IMG/VR virus record: IMGVR_UViG_2718218396_000008
Direction: 5' to 3' (one strand)
DNA: 34,347 bases
Source of the DNA: a virus
Lineage: Duplodnaviria > Heunggongvirae > Uroviricota > Caudoviricetes
Part shown: in pieces, positions 13,544-26,878 of the stretch
How positions within the stretch are numbered: the first letter of the stretch is position 1
How the letters are laid out: every line of letters begins with the position of its first letter
Made by a program: the position numbers and the translations under genes
Notes under the pieces: model-generated
The model's database searches: none
What the model was told of the DNA's origin: nothing
The model's input: only the letters and a program-made list of their open reading frames with translations

Positions 13544-14284
13544 TTAACTGGCGGTGACGTTGATTTCTGCAACCGCAGCAAACTCACCATTACCGGATAC
13601 GACCGGAATGTTGACCTTGCCTGCAGCAACACCTTTCACGGTGATGGTCATACCACTGACCGACACGGTGGCTTTTGTTTTATCCGCAGACACCGCACGG
13701 AAGCTCTTGTCGGTTGCGCCTTCCGGCTGGAATGCCACGGTCAGCGTCGTGCTCTGCCCTTTCACCACCGAGGTGCTGGCAGGCGTCACGGTCATGCCGG
13801 TTGCCGCTGTTACCGTGCTGCGATCTTCTGCCATCGACGGACGTCCCACGTTGGTGACTTTCACCGTGCGGGTGATCACTTCCTTCGCCGTCACCGCCTT
13901 ACCGATACTGCTGACCCAGCCGCGGAACACATCGACCGTGCCGTTCGGGAAGCGGATTTTATAGGCACGGGTATCACCTTCATTAAACCACGCCAGCAGC
14001 GCCTGCTGCCCCTGCTCTCCGGGCATCCACGCCAGCGTGAAGCTGGTATCTCCAGCGGATTTCTGCCCCTGTCCGGTCGCGGCCCAGTCCGCATCTTCAT
14101 CATCGAGATAACTGTCGTCATAGGACTCAGCGGTCAGTTCGCCGGGCGTCAGGTCTTTAACCTTTGCCAGACGCGACCAGTCATTGTCTGAAAGCGGGTT
14201 TGCATATGGGTCGCCGTTCCCGTTATAAACCCACAGTGTGGTCCCGGCCCCTTTCACCGGTGCCAGAGGATTTGGTGTTGGCAT
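13544..14284 (-). CDS. V: Major tail tube protein V (with C-terminal Ig-like domain)
   Basis: Track ORF is 256 aa; lambda-matching start is the internal ATG ([20 protein letters not shown]), giving 246 aa as in lambda gpV. Confidence 0.93.
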   Translation of the reverse strand: MPTPNPLAPVKGAGTTLWVYNGNGDPYANPLSDNDWSRLAKVKDLTPGELTAESYDDSYLDDEDADWAATGQGQKSAGDTSFTLAWMPGEQGQQALLAWFNEGDTRAYKIRFPNGTVDVFRGWVSSIGKAVTAKEVITRTVKVTNVGRPSMAEDRSTVTAATGMTVTPASTSVVKGQSTTLTVAFQPEGATDKSFRAVSADKTKATVSVSGMTITVKGVAAGKVNIPVVSGNGEFAAVAEINVTAS

Positions 14285-14291
14285 ATCGTCC

Positions 14292-14687
14292 TCACATTTC
14301 ATAGGTAATGACATAAGTCAGATCGGCTGAACTCCACAGGCCCGCATCATCGTCGCGCCGGTAGTCATAGCCACTGGCCACCATACTGGTGATCAAATCT
14401 GATAGTGCCGGGATATCGCTCATCACCGGATAAATCCGGGACTCCATCCACGCATCCAGCTCTGAATCCGGCACCTGAGCAGGCAGGAAAACTTCGATAT
14501 GCAGCTCCGCCTGCCAGGTATCGCTGTCCAGCTCTTCGCCCGTGTATTCAGCGCCGGTGAGATAAACGGCAACTGCCGGAAAATCCGCCTCATCAAAAAC
14601 AGCGGGGCGACCATCAAAAAACGTCGCCCCGGTGTCATGCTTCTCCAGTGCATCCAGTACGGCTGCACGGAGTTCAGTATGTTTCAT
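14292..14687 (-). CDS. U: Tail terminator protein U
   Basis: 131-aa ORF, lambda gpU length and recognised sequence. Confidence 0.93.
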   Translation of the reverse strand: MKHTELRAAVLDALEKHDTGATFFDGRPAVFDEADFPAVAVYLTGAEYTGEELDSDTWQAELHIEVFLPAQVPDSELDAWMESRIYPVMSDIPALSDLITSMVASGYDYRRDDDAGLWSSADLTYVITYEM

Positions 14688-15262
14688 CGCTTTATTACCA
14701 TTCTCAGTTGATGCTGCAGCGCATAGCCCAGCTCTTTCGGAAGACGTTCACGCCGTATCCGCTCAATATTCTGTTTAAACGCCGTGGTCAGCGGCACCGC
14801 CATCGGGATTTTCACCACATCAATGGGGTAACGGTTTTTCCCGGCCACACGCTGCATGACATGCCACCGGCCATTTTTCAGTTGCTGAATAAACGCGCCG
14901 GGAATACGACGGTTTCCCACCACAAGCACGCTGCCGCCACCTTTCAGGGATGAACGCTGCCCCTTTTTACGACGCCTGCGTCGGGACAGGACAACCCGCG
15001 CGTTACCCAGCTTGATTACGGGCAAATCCCCCCGGTTAACCTTGATTCTGGCCTGCGGATTTTTAACCGTGGCCCTTTTCAGCCTGGCCCTTTCCTTTAC
15101 CAGTTTCCGGCGTACCCTTGTCTCACGGGCAACCTGTGACGCCGACTGCGATATCGCGGATGAAGCAACGCGGTTAATGGCCATTGCTGACGCACCAGGC
15201 ACCGCCGTTTTGCTGATACGACTGAGGTTTTCAACGGCCTGCTCAAGACCTTTTATGGCCAT
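14684..15262 (-). CDS. Z: Tail completion protein Z
   Basis: 192-aa ORF, lambda gpZ length; overlaps the U start. Confidence 0.92.
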   Translation of the reverse strand: MAIKGLEQAVENLSRISKTAVPGASAMAINRVASSAISQSASQVARETRVRRKLVKERARLKRATVKNPQARIKVNRGDLPVIKLGNARVVLSRRRRRKKGQRSSLKGGGSVLVVGNRRIPGAFIQQLKNGRWHVMQRVAGKNRYPIDVVKIPMAVPLTTAFKQNIERIRRERLPKELGYALQHQLRMVIKR

Positions 15263-15273
15263 ACATCCCCCCT

Positions 15274-15627
15274 TCAGCGACGACGGTTAACGGCAGGCGG
15301 TACGCCCCGCCCAAGCCAGAGATGACAGCTTCCGCCATCATCCGTCGAAATCCGGTCTATCCAGAAGTTTTCCTCACCGATGGTCAGCGTGTCTCCACGC
15401 CGCAGTTGCCGCACATCATCAGTCCGGACAAACAGGGACGGGCTGGAGCCTTCAACACGCACGCCCTGTCCGGCATAGCTGATATTTTCAGGGTCATCAA
15501 AAACACCACGTATTACTGCGCCGGACTGCTCACCGGATGTCATGGTGGCTGACGTTCCCATGTACCCGCGTATCGTTTCATCGGCGCGGGCAATGGCAGC
15601 ATCGAACAGGTTATCGAAATCAGCCAC
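15274..15627 (-). CDS. FII: Head-tail connector protein FII
   Basis: 117-aa ORF starting MADFDNLFDAAIARADETIRGYMG, lambda gpFII. Confidence 0.93.
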   Translation of the reverse strand: MADFDNLFDAAIARADETIRGYMGTSATMTSGEQSGAVIRGVFDDPENISYAGQGVRVEGSSPSLFVRTDDVRQLRRGDTLTIGEENFWIDRISTDDGGSCHLWLGRGVPPAVNRRR

Positions 15628-15638
15628 AGCGCCTCCCG

Positions 15639-16037
15639 TTATTGCATTCTGGCCAGGCCGCGCTCTGTCATTTCGGCTGCCACACCGGCAGAGACACGAA
15701 ACGCCGTTCCCGGCAGCACAAATGCCACAGGTTCATCCCGCGTGACGTGAAGTGCATCAGTATGCAGCTTCACCAGTGCCACGACCGTGACCAGTTCAGA
15801 CGTATCCAGAATCACGGTATCCGGCTGCGCTGATCCCACCTCATTTTCATGTCCGGTCAGCACATTTTCCCGGCTGAGAGGGGTGTCCTGACCGGCAGTT
15901 TCATCCGTGTCATCAAGCTCCTCTTCCAGCTCTGCCACACGGAGCGCCAGTTCTTCTTTCGTCCCCGTCAGGCTGACATCACGGTTCAGTTGTTCACCCA
16001 GCGAGCGGAGACGGGCAATCAGTTCATCTTTCGTCAT
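15639..16037 (-). CDS. FI: DNA packaging protein FI
   Basis: Internal ATG giving 132 aa (MTKDELIARLRSLGEQLNRD...), lambda gpFI; the track ORF has a 13-codon upstream extension. Confidence 0.9.
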   Translation of the reverse strand: MTKDELIARLRSLGEQLNRDVSLTGTKEELALRVAELEEELDDTDETAGQDTPLSRENVLTGHENEVGSAQPDTVILDTSELVTVVALVKLHTDALHVTRDEPVAFVLPGTAFRVSAGVAAEMTERGLARMQ

Positions 16038-16078
16038 GGACTCCTCCACAGAAAAACAATGGCCCCGAAGGGCCATGA

Positions 16079-17104
16079 TTACGCCAGTTGTACGGACACG
16101 AACTCATCAGGGTCAGCCAGCAGCATCAGCGGTGCTGACTGAATCATGGTGAACTCACGCGCCGGATCGCCGGTGGTCACCCAGTTTTTCGGGTAACGGG
16201 CAGAGGCGTTAATGCCTTCGCGCTGTGCGTCCGCATCCTGAATGCAGCCATAGGTGCGCAGACCGCGTGCCTGAGTGTTCCCCAGCACCATCGTGTTGTC
16301 CGGCAGGAAGTTCTTTTTGACGCCGTTTTCCACGTACTGTCCGGAATACACGACGATGGCCACATCGCCATACATTCCCTTATAAGACACCGCTTTGCCC
16401 AGGTCTTTTACCGCTGTCTCCAGTTCGGAATGAGAGCCGCGACGGGTATCCAGCTTCTCCCTGACGGCTTTGAAGGAACGGAACAGCGCCCAGCCTTTCG
16501 GGTCAAACACGATGATATTCACCACGCCGCTGGCGTTCAGCGCGTAGGCTTCGATATCGTCGGTCGGGTCATACGTGGACTTGTCACGCTTGCTCCACTC
16601 CGTGCCGCCGGACTGCGTGATGTTGTTCGCCGCACTGCGGCCCATATCCACCTCAACCGGATCGAAGGCTTCACCGGTCATGGTGTATTTGCCCTTGAGC
16701 ACGGCAGAAACTGCCTGCATCTCTTCGACCTGAGCAATGGCCAGCTCTTCGTCACGCATGTTCTGCATGATGATGCGACGGCGGCGGTAAGCCGGGTCCG
16801 CCAGATTCTGCGGATCTTCATCCGGCAGGCGACGCAGGGGCATCTGCGGATTCACTTCATGCTTCGGCTTGACATATCCCGGCGTAAATTCAGAGGTGGA
16901 GCCGCCACGGGAACGGATAACCTCACCAGAAACAATCGGCGAAACGTACAGCGCCATGTTTACCAGTCCCGGAATTTGTGAGAGATAGACTTTCTCCGTG
17001 GTGAAGGGATAGCTCTCACGGAAAAAGAGACGCAGAAACAGCGGATCAAACTTAAATTTCTGCTCATTTGCCGCCAGCAGTTGGGCGGTTGTGTACATCG
17101 ACAT
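16079..17104 (-). CDS. E: Major capsid protein E
   Basis: 341-aa ORF starting MSMYTTAQLLAANEQKFKFDPLFLRLFF, lambda gpE length and sequence. Confidence 0.96.
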   Translation of the reverse strand: MSMYTTAQLLAANEQKFKFDPLFLRLFFRESYPFTTEKVYLSQIPGLVNMALYVSPIVSGEVIRSRGGSTSEFTPGYVKPKHEVNPQMPLRRLPDEDPQNLADPAYRRRRIIMQNMRDEELAIAQVEEMQAVSAVLKGKYTMTGEAFDPVEVDMGRSAANNITQSGGTEWSKRDKSTYDPTDDIEAYALNASGVVNIIVFDPKGWALFRSFKAVREKLDTRRGSHSELETAVKDLGKAVSYKGMYGDVAIVVYSGQYVENGVKKNFLPDNTMVLGNTQARGLRTYGCIQDADAQREGINASARYPKNWVTTGDPAREFTMIQSAPLMLLADPDEFVSVQLA

Positions 17105-17158
17105 AAAAAAATCCCGTAAAAAAGCCGCACAGGCGGCCTTTAGTGATGAAGGGTCAGG

Positions 17159-17491
17159 TTAAACGATGCTGATTGCCGTTCCGGCAAACGCGGTCCGTTT
17201 TTTCGTCTCGTCGCTGGCAGCCTCCGGCCAGAGCACATCCTCATAACGGAACGTGCCGGACTTGTAGAACGTCAGCGTGGTGCTGGTCTGGTCAGCAGCA
17301 ACCGCAAGAATGCCAACGGCAGCACCGTCGGTGGTGCCATCCCACGCAACCAGCTTACGGCTGGAGGTGTCCAGCATCAGCGGGGTCATTGCAGGCGCTT
17401 TCGCACTCAATCCGCCGGGCGCGGTTGCGGTATGAGCCGGGTCACTGTTGCCCAGCGGCTGGTAATGGGTAAAGGTTTCTTTGCTCGTCAT
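17159..17491 (-). CDS. D: Capsid decoration protein D
   Basis: 110 aa from the internal ATG ([12 protein letters not shown]...), lambda gpD. Confidence 0.93.
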   Translation of the reverse strand: MTSKETFTHYQPLGNSDPAHTATAPGGLSAKAPAMTPLMLDTSSRKLVAWDGTTDGAAVGILAVAADQTSTTLTFYKSGTFRYEDVLWPEAASDETKKRTAFAGTAISIV

Positions 17492-17500
17492 AAACATCCC

Positions 17501-18106
17501 TTACACTGGTGTGTTCAGCAAATCGTTAACGGCATCAGATGCCGGGTTACCTGCAGCCAGCGGTGCCGGTGCCCCCTGCATCAGACGATCCAGCGCAGTA
17601 TCACTGCGCGCCTGTGCACTCTGTGGTGCTGCGGCCAGAATGCGGCGGGCCGTTTCCACGGTCATACCGGGGGTTTCTGCCAGCACGCGGGCCTGTTCTT
17701 CGCGTCCGTGAGCCTCCTCACAGTTGAGGATCCCCATAATGCGGCTGTTTTCTGCCGCAACCGCAGCGGTGATCTGCGCGTTCACGTCCGGCTGCGCCGC
17801 GCTGGCGTTTTCGCCCTCCGTCGCTGGCACCACGCCAGTAACGTCAGCCTGCGAAGCAGTGGCTGAAACAGTTGTTGATTGAGTCTCTTTGGTCATTCGC
17901 CCTCCTGAGAGACGGGATTTACGTGCATCCAGTGCATCACGCATAACGGTGATCGCATCGGTGCTGTTGACAAGTTCATCAGCCAGTCCGGCATCAATGG
18001 CCTCCTGACCGCTGTACACTGCAGCCTCGGTATCCAGCACAGCCTGCACGGACAGGCCGGTATATGCCGACACCTTCTGCGCAAACATCCGGCGGGTTGC
18101 ATCCAT
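17501..18106 (-). CDS. Nu3: Scaffold protein Nu3 (nested in-frame within the 3' part of C)
   Basis: In-frame ATG at 18106 (MDATRRMFAQKV...) gives 201 aa sharing the C stop, as for lambda Nu3. Confidence 0.75.
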   Translation of the reverse strand: MDATRRMFAQKVSAYTGLSVQAVLDTEAAVYSGQEAIDAGLADELVNSTDAITVMRDALDARKSRLSGGRMTKETQSTTVSATASQADVTGVVPATEGENASAAQPDVNAQITAAVAAENSRIMGILNCEEAHGREEQARVLAETPGMTVETARRILAAAPQSAQARSDTALDRLMQGAPAPLAAGNPASDAVNDLLNTPV

Positions 18107-18800
18107 CCGGGACTGCAGTGTTTCCCGGACATCACCCGGTAGATGGCTGTAGGGGTTGCCATCCACCTTATGGCTGCCGCTGTAAATCAGCGTGATTTCC
18201 ACGCCCTGTTTCTCCAGGGCAGCACCGTAATTACTGTGAGCCATCATGACGCCGATGGAGCCTGTCCGGGCGGTCTGCGTGACCAGACGCCGGGAGGCGG
18301 CGCTGGCAAGCAGCTGACCTGCACTGCAGTTCATGTCGTTGGCCAGCGCCCATACCGGTTTTATGTCTCGCACACGGGCGATGATGTCAGCACAGTCAAA
18401 TGCTCCCGCCACCATCCCGCCCGGTGTGTCCATATCGAGCAGAATGCCGTCCACCATCGGATCGCTGGCAGCCTGTTGCAGACGGGCGATAATGCCGTTG
18501 TAACCGGTCATTCCCGAATACGGCTGCAGCGCCCGCGTCCGGCTGACCAGCGTACCGGACACCGGCAGCACGGCGATGCCGTTCATGACCTGATAACTCC
18601 GGGCCTGTCGTGGTCCGTCATCATCACCGGATAACGCCAGCGCCGCGGGTGCCTCTCCGGCAGTCAGGCTGTCGCCGGATACTGCATCCGTCAGGCGGCT
18701 GATCCCAAGCTGGCCTGCAAGCGCACAAAAGAAAACCCGCGCATAGGCGGGTTCAAGCATCAGCGGCTCATTAAAAGCCATGCTGGCAATATGCGGGAGA

Positions 18801-18820
<20 letters not shown>
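17501..18820 (-). CDS. C: Capsid assembly protease C (GTG start)
   Basis: Sequence VTAELRNLPHIASMAFNEPLMLEPAYARVFF matches the lambda gpC N-terminus; GTG at 18820 gives 1320 nt as in lambda and overlaps the B stop by 20 nt. Confidence 0.9.
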
Positions 18821-22501
<3,681 letters not shown>

Positions 22502-22527
<26 letters not shown>

Positions 22528-23047
22528 TCAGCAACCCCGGTATCAGTTCATCCAGCGCGGCTGCTTTGTTCATGGCTTTGATGATATCCCGTTTCAGGAA
22601 ATCAACATGTCGGTTTTCCAGTTCCGGAAAACGCCGCTGCACCGACAGGGGGATCCCGTCGAGAATACTGGCAATTTCACCTGCGATCCGCGACAGCACG
22701 AAAGTACAGAATGCGGTTTCCACCACTTCAGCTGAGTCTCTGGCATTCTTCAGTTCCTGTGCGTCGGCCTGCGCACGCGTAAGTCGATGGCGTTCGTACT
22801 CAATAGTCCCTGGCTGGAGATCTGTCTCGCTGTCCTGCCTCAGTTCTTCAACTTCCCGGCGCAGCTTTTCGTTCTCAATTTCAGCATCCCTTTCGGCATA
22901 CCATTTTATGGCGGCGGCAGAGTCATAAAGTACCTCATTACCCTTGCCACCACCCCGCAGAACGGGCATTCCCTGCTCCTGCCAGTTCTGAATGGTACGG
23001 ATACTCGCGCCGAAAATGTCAGCCAGCTGCTTTTTGTTGACTTCCAT
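22502..23047 (-). CDS. Nu1: Terminase small subunit Nu1
   Basis: 181-aa ORF starting MEVNKKQLADIFGASIRTIQNWQEQGMPV (winged-HTH), lambda gpNu1. Confidence 0.95.
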
Positions 23048-23290
23048 TGTTCATTCCACGGACAAAAACAGAGAAAGGAAACGACAGAGGCCAAAAAGCC
23101 CGTTTTCAGCACCTGTCGTTTCCTTTCTTTTCAGGGGGTGTTTTAAATAAAAACATTAGGTTACGGCGAAGAAGAACGGAAACGCCTTAAACCGGAAAAT
23201 TTTCATAAATAGTGAAAAACCGCGAGGTCGCCGCCCCGTAACCTGTCGGATCGCCGGAAAGGACCCGCAAAATGATAATAATTATCATCT
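23048..23290 (-). other. cos site region (cosB between Nu1 and cosN; cosQ side and an AT-rich palindrome beyond cosN)
   Basis: Located immediately upstream of Nu1; contains the lambda cohesive-end sequence and the palindrome ATGATAATAATTATCAT at 23272-23288. Confidence 0.8.
23225..23236 (-). other. cosN: 12-nt cohesive end (GGGCGGCGACCT on the coding strand)
   Basis: Plus-strand AGGTCGCCGCCC at 23225-23236 is the reverse complement of the lambda cohesive end; flanked by CGCG and CGTAACCTGTCGGATC as at the lambda genome ends. Confidence 0.85.
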
Positions 23291-23435
23291 ACATGTCACA
23301 ACGTGCATCTACGCCATCAAACCACGTCAAATAATCAATTATGACGCAGGTATCGTATTAATTGATCCGCATCAACTTAACGTAAAAACAACTTCAGACA
23401 ATACAAATCAGCGACACTGAATACGGGGCAACCTC

Positions 23436-23630
23436 ATGTCAACGAAGAACAGAACCCGCAGAACAACAACCCGCAACATCCGCTTTCCTAACCAAATGAT
23501 TGAACAAATTAACATCGCTCTTGATCAAAAAGGGTCCGGAAATTTCTCAGCCTGGGTCATTGAAGCCTGCCGTCGGAGGCTAACGTCAGAAAAGAGAGCA
23601 TATACATCAATTAAAAGTGATGAAGAATGA
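23436..23630 (+). CDS. ylcI: Small ribbon-helix-helix-like DNA-binding protein (YlcI-like, 64 aa)
   Basis: Basic N-terminus then RNIRFP (beta-strand) plus two helices typical of RHH/CopG/Arc folds; same size and position as DLP12 ylcI; gene symbol recalled with moderate certainty. Confidence 0.6.
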   Translation: MSTKNRTRRTTTRNIRFPNQMIEQINIALDQKGSGNFSAWVIEACRRRLTSEKRAYTSIKSDEE

Positions 23631-23794
23631 ACATCCCGCGTTCTTCCCTCCGAACAGGACGATATTGTAAATTCACTTAATTACGAGGGCATTGCAGTAA
23701 TTGAGTTGCAGTTTTACCACTTTCCTGACAGTGACAGACTGCGTGTTGGCTCTGTCACAGGTTAAGTAGTTTGAATGATTAGCAGTTATGGTGA

Positions 23795-24001
23795 TCAGTC
23801 AACCACCAGGGAATAATCCTTCATATTATTATCGTGCTTCACCAACGCTGCCTCAATTGCCCTGAATGCTTCCAGAGACACCTTATGTTCTATACATGCA
23901 ATTACAACATCAGGGTAACTCATAGAAATGGTGCTATTAAGCATATTTTTTACACGAATCAGATCCACGGAGGGATCATCAGCAGATTGTTCTTTATTCA
24001 T
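23795..24001 (-). CDS. ybcW: Small hypothetical protein (YbcW-like, 68 aa)
   Basis: 68-aa [32 protein letters not shown]...; recalled as the lambda right-arm / DLP12 ybcW homologue. Confidence 0.6.
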
Positions 24002-24286
24002 TTTGTCGCTCCATGCGCTTGCTCTTCATCTAGCGGTTAAAATATTACTTCAAATCTTTCTGTATGAAGATTTGAGCACGTTGGCCTTACATACATCTGT
24101 CGGTTGTATTTCCCTCCAGAATGCCAGCAGGACCGCACTTTGTTACGCAACCAATACTATTAATTGAAAACATTCCTAATATTTGACATAAATCATCAAC
24201 AAAACACAAAGAGGTCAGACCAGATTGAAACGATAAAAACGATAATGCAAACTACGCGCCCTCGTATCACATGGAAGGTTTTACCA

Positions 24287-24697
24287 ATGGCTCAGGTTGC
24301 CATTTTTAAAGAAATATTCGATCAAGTGCGAAAAGATTTAAACTGTGAATTGTTTTATTCTGAACTAAAACGTCACAATGTCTCACATTATATTTACTAT
24401 CTAGCCACAGATAATATTCACATTGTGTTAGAAAACGATAACACTGTGTTAATAAAAGGACTTAAAAAGGTTGTGAATGTTAAATTCTCAAGAAATACGC
24501 ATCTTATAGAAACGTCCTATGATAGGTTGAAATCAAGAGAAATCACATTTCAGCAATACAGGGAAAATCTTGCTAAAGCAGGAGTTTTCCGATGGGTTAC
24601 AAATATCCACGAACATAAAAGATATTACTATGCCTTTGATAATTCATTACTATTTACTGAGAGCATTCAGAACACTACACAAATCTTTCCACGCTAA
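24287..24697 (+). CDS. ybcV: DUF1398-type hypothetical protein (YbcV-like, 136 aa from internal ATG)
   Basis: ATG at 24287 preceded by GGAAGG; sequence [31 protein letters not shown] recalled as YbcV; the track ORF has a 41-codon upstream extension. Confidence 0.65.
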   Translation: MAQVAIFKEIFDQVRKDLNCELFYSELKRHNVSHYIYYLATDNIHIVLENDNTVLIKGLKKVVNVKFSRNTHLIETSYDRLKSREITFQQYRENLAKAGVFRWVTNIHEHKRYYYAFDNSLLFTESIQNTTQIFPR

Positions 24698-24988
24698 ATC
24701 ATCACGTCCGGTTTCTTCCGTGTCAGCACCGGGGCGTTGGCATAATGCAATACGTGTACGCGCTAAACCCTGTGTGCATCGTTATTAATTATTCCCGGAC
24801 ACTCCCGCAGAGGAGTTTCCCTGTCAGGGCTGCGGACATAGTTAATCCGGGAATACAGTGACGATCCTTCGCATCTGACATACATTAATAAATATTAACA
24901 ATATGAGATTTCAACTCATTGTTTAGGGTTTGTTTAATTTTCTACACATACGATTCTGCGAACTTTAAAAAGCATCGGGAATAACACC

Positions 24989-25282
24989 ATGAAAAAAATG
25001 CTACTCGCTACTGCGCTGGCCCTGCTTATTACAGGATGTGCCCAACAGACGTTTACTGTTCAAAACAAACCGGCAGCAGTAACACCAAAGGAAACCATCA
25101 CCCACCATTTCTTCGTCTCTGGAATTGGGCAGAAGAAAACTGTCGATGCAGCTAAAATTTGTGGCGGCGCAGAAAATGTTGTTAAAACAGAAACCCAGCA
25201 AACATTCGTAAATGGATTGCTCGGTTTTATTACTTTAGGCATTTATACTCCGCTGGAAGCGCGTGTGTATTGCTCACAATAA
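24989..25282 (+). CDS. bor: Bor lipoprotein (serum-resistance-associated outer-membrane lipoprotein)
   Basis: 97-aa ORF with lipobox LLITGC; recognised as lambda Bor; convergent with Rz. Confidence 0.93.
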   Translation: MKKMLLATALALLITGCAQQTFTVQNKPAAVTPKETITHHFFVSGIGQKKTVDAAKICGGAENVVKTETQQTFVNGLLGFITLGIYTPLEARVYCSQ

Positions 25283-25288
25283 TTGCAT

Positions 25289-25314
25289 GAGCTGCCCATC
25301 GATATGGGCAGCTC
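25289..25314. terminator. Bidirectional terminator hairpin at the bor/Rz convergent junction
   Basis: Perfect 26-bp palindrome GAGCTGCCCAT-CGAT-ATGGGCAGCTC between the bor stop (25282) and the Rz stop (25314). Confidence 0.55.
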
Positions 25315-25775
25315 TATCTGCACTGCTCATTAATATACTTCTGGGTTCCTTCCAGTTGTTTTTGCATAGTGATCAGCCTCTCTCTGAGGGTGAAATAATC
25401 CCGTTCAGCGGTGTCTGCCAGTCGGGGGGAGGCTGCATTATCCACGCCGGAGGCGGTGGTGGCTTCACGCACTGACTGACAGACTGCTTTGATGTGCAAC
25501 CGACGACGACCAGCGGCAACATCATCATGCAGAGCATCATTTTCAGCTTTCGCATCAGCTAACTCCTTCGTGTATTTTGCATCGAGCGCAGCAACATCAC
25601 GCTGACGCATCTGCATGTCAGTAATTGCCACGTTCGCCAGCTTCAGTTCTCTGGCATTTTTGTCGCGCTGGGCTTTGTAGGTAATGGCGTTATCACGGTA
25701 ATGATTAACAGCCCATGACAGGCAGACGATGATGCAGATGAGCAGAGCGGAGATAATCGCGGTTATTCTGCTCAT
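25314..25775 (-). CDS. Rz: i-spanin Rz
   Basis: 153-aa ORF with N-terminal TM segment and coiled-coil region; recognised as lambda Rz. Confidence 0.93.
   Translation of the reverse strand: MSRITAIISALLICIIVCLSWAVNHYRDNAITYKAQRDKNARELKLANVAITDMQMRQRDVAALDAKYTKELADAKAENDALHDDVAAGRRRLHIKAVCQSVREATTASGVDNAASPRLADTAERDYFTLRERLITMQKQLEGTQKYINEQCR
25373..25555 (-). CDS. Rz1: o-spanin Rz1 (lipoprotein gene embedded in the +1 frame of Rz)
   Basis: 60-aa ORF wholly inside Rz; lipobox VVVGC and proline-rich [15 protein letters not shown], as lambda Rz1. Confidence 0.88.
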   Translation of the reverse strand: MRKLKMMLCMMMLPLVVVGCTSKQSVSQCVKPPPPPAWIMQPPPDWQTPLNGIISPSERG

Positions 25776-26248
25776 ACCTCACTCTCTCTGACCGTTCCGC
25801 CAGCTTCTTTGAATTTTGCAATCAGGCTGTCAGCCTTATGCTCGAACTGACCATAACCAGCGCCCGGCAGTGAAGCCCAGATATTACTGCAACGGTCGAT
25901 TGCCTGACGGATATCACCGCGATCAATCATAGGTAAAGCACCACGCTCTTTAATCTGCTGCAATGCCACTGCGTCCTGGCTTTTGGGGGAGAAGTCTTTC
26001 AAACCAAGCTGTTTACGGTAAGCATCCCACCAGCGTGAAAGAAGCTGATAACGTCCGGCGGCTGTTGATTTGAGTTTGGGGTGTAGCGTGACAAGTTTGC
26101 GAGGGTGATCGGAGTAATCAGTAAACAGTTCGCCGCCAACAATAACATCATAACCGTGGTTACGTGTCGGTTGTCGCCCGTTATCCGTTCCTTCTGACCA
26201 CGCCAACATATCGAGGAAGGCTTTACGCTGAGGATTAAGATTTTGCAT
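25772..26248 (-). CDS. R: Endolysin R (lytic transglycosylase)
   Basis: 158-aa ORF; core sequence from ...[20 protein letters not shown] onward matches lambda R. Confidence 0.93.
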   Translation of the reverse strand: MQNLNPQRKAFLDMLAWSEGTDNGRQPTRNHGYDVIVGGELFTDYSDHPRKLVTLHPKLKSTAAGRYQLLSRWWDAYRKQLGLKDFSPKSQDAVALQQIKERGALPMIDRGDIRQAIDRCSNIWASLPGAGYGQFEHKADSLIAKFKEAGGTVRESEV

Positions 26249-26540
26249 TTTTCACCCCTGTCAGTCGTTCCCAGAAGTACGTCAGTGCAACCGAACCCAT
26301 CGCACCACTAATCCCCGCTGTCGCGAGAATCATGTAAATACTGAATCCACTTTCGATGCTGATCAGGCCACCAATAACACCGGTGAATCCTGATACCACT
26401 ATTTGAGCCAGAGCATTTATCCAACTCCACGTTGCTTTACTCTGCTTCACATCTATCAGGTAGCGGACCAGACCGCCCCAACCTGCGATGATCAGCAAAA
26501 CGAGCCAGAACGCTCCGGCAAGGCTCTCTTTTTCGTGCAT
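26235..26540 (-). CDS. Putative holin, non-lambda S type (three predicted TM helices); start uncertain (TTG 26552 or ATG 26540)
   Basis: ORF immediately upstream of and overlapping R; three hydrophobic segments and a charged C-terminal tail; no similarity to lambda S105/S107 as recalled. Confidence 0.65.
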   Translation of the reverse strand: MHEKESLAGAFWLVLLIIAGWGGLVRYLIDVKQSKATWSWINALAQIVVSGFTGVIGGLISIESGFSIYMILATAGISGAMGSVALTYFWERLTGVKNAKS

Positions 26541-26758
26541 ATGAATAGCCAATGTTTCGCCGCCGACAAAAGGCCGGGACGTTAAATGTCAGAAATCAGG
26601 CTCACGGGGTAATTTAACGACAAAGCACGGAGTTGATGCTCCCCACAAGCCTGGAATAAAAAAGCCAGCATGTAGCTGGCAACAGAGGGCTAAGCAATAT
26701 CAACTCAACAGCTGAAGACCCCCTGGCTGGGGTAGGTTGGAAGGCTACTCACCGTTCA

Positions 26759-26794
26759 GAAACAGAAAAGCCCAAGGCTTTAAACCTCGGGCTT
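26759..26794 (-). terminator. Intrinsic terminator between the Q-position gene and the lysis genes (tR'-like)
   Basis: - strand: 10-bp stem AAGCCCGAGG / CCTTGGGCTT (one G-U pair), loop TTTAAAG, followed by TTTCTGTTTCTG. Confidence 0.55.
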
Positions 26795-26849
26795 GAATTT
26801 GGATTACTGCCAGTGCGTACAACATTGGCAAAATATCAGATTTACATAA

Positions 26850-26878
26850 AATATATGATTTTTAATCCAGTTTTGCAA
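26850..26878 (-). promoter_or_regulatory. Candidate late promoter (pR'-like): -35 TTGCAA, 17-bp spacer, -10 TATATT
   Basis: Read on the - strand overlapping the stop of the Q-position ORF; predicted transcript of ~85 nt ends at the 26759-26794 terminator. Confidence 0.35.

Noticed and set aside
23272-23288. AT-rich palindrome ATGATAATAATTATCAT, considered as an operator
   Set aside because: Lies in the packaging-site region beside cosN and is more plausibly part of the cos architecture; no adjacent regulator gene.
26553-26758. Possible tRNA or other structured RNA in the gap before the holin (Stx-type phages carry tRNAs here)
   Set aside because: No T-loop (GTTCRANYC-like) or cloverleaf pairing seen by eye; tRNAscan-type software would be needed to exclude it formally.
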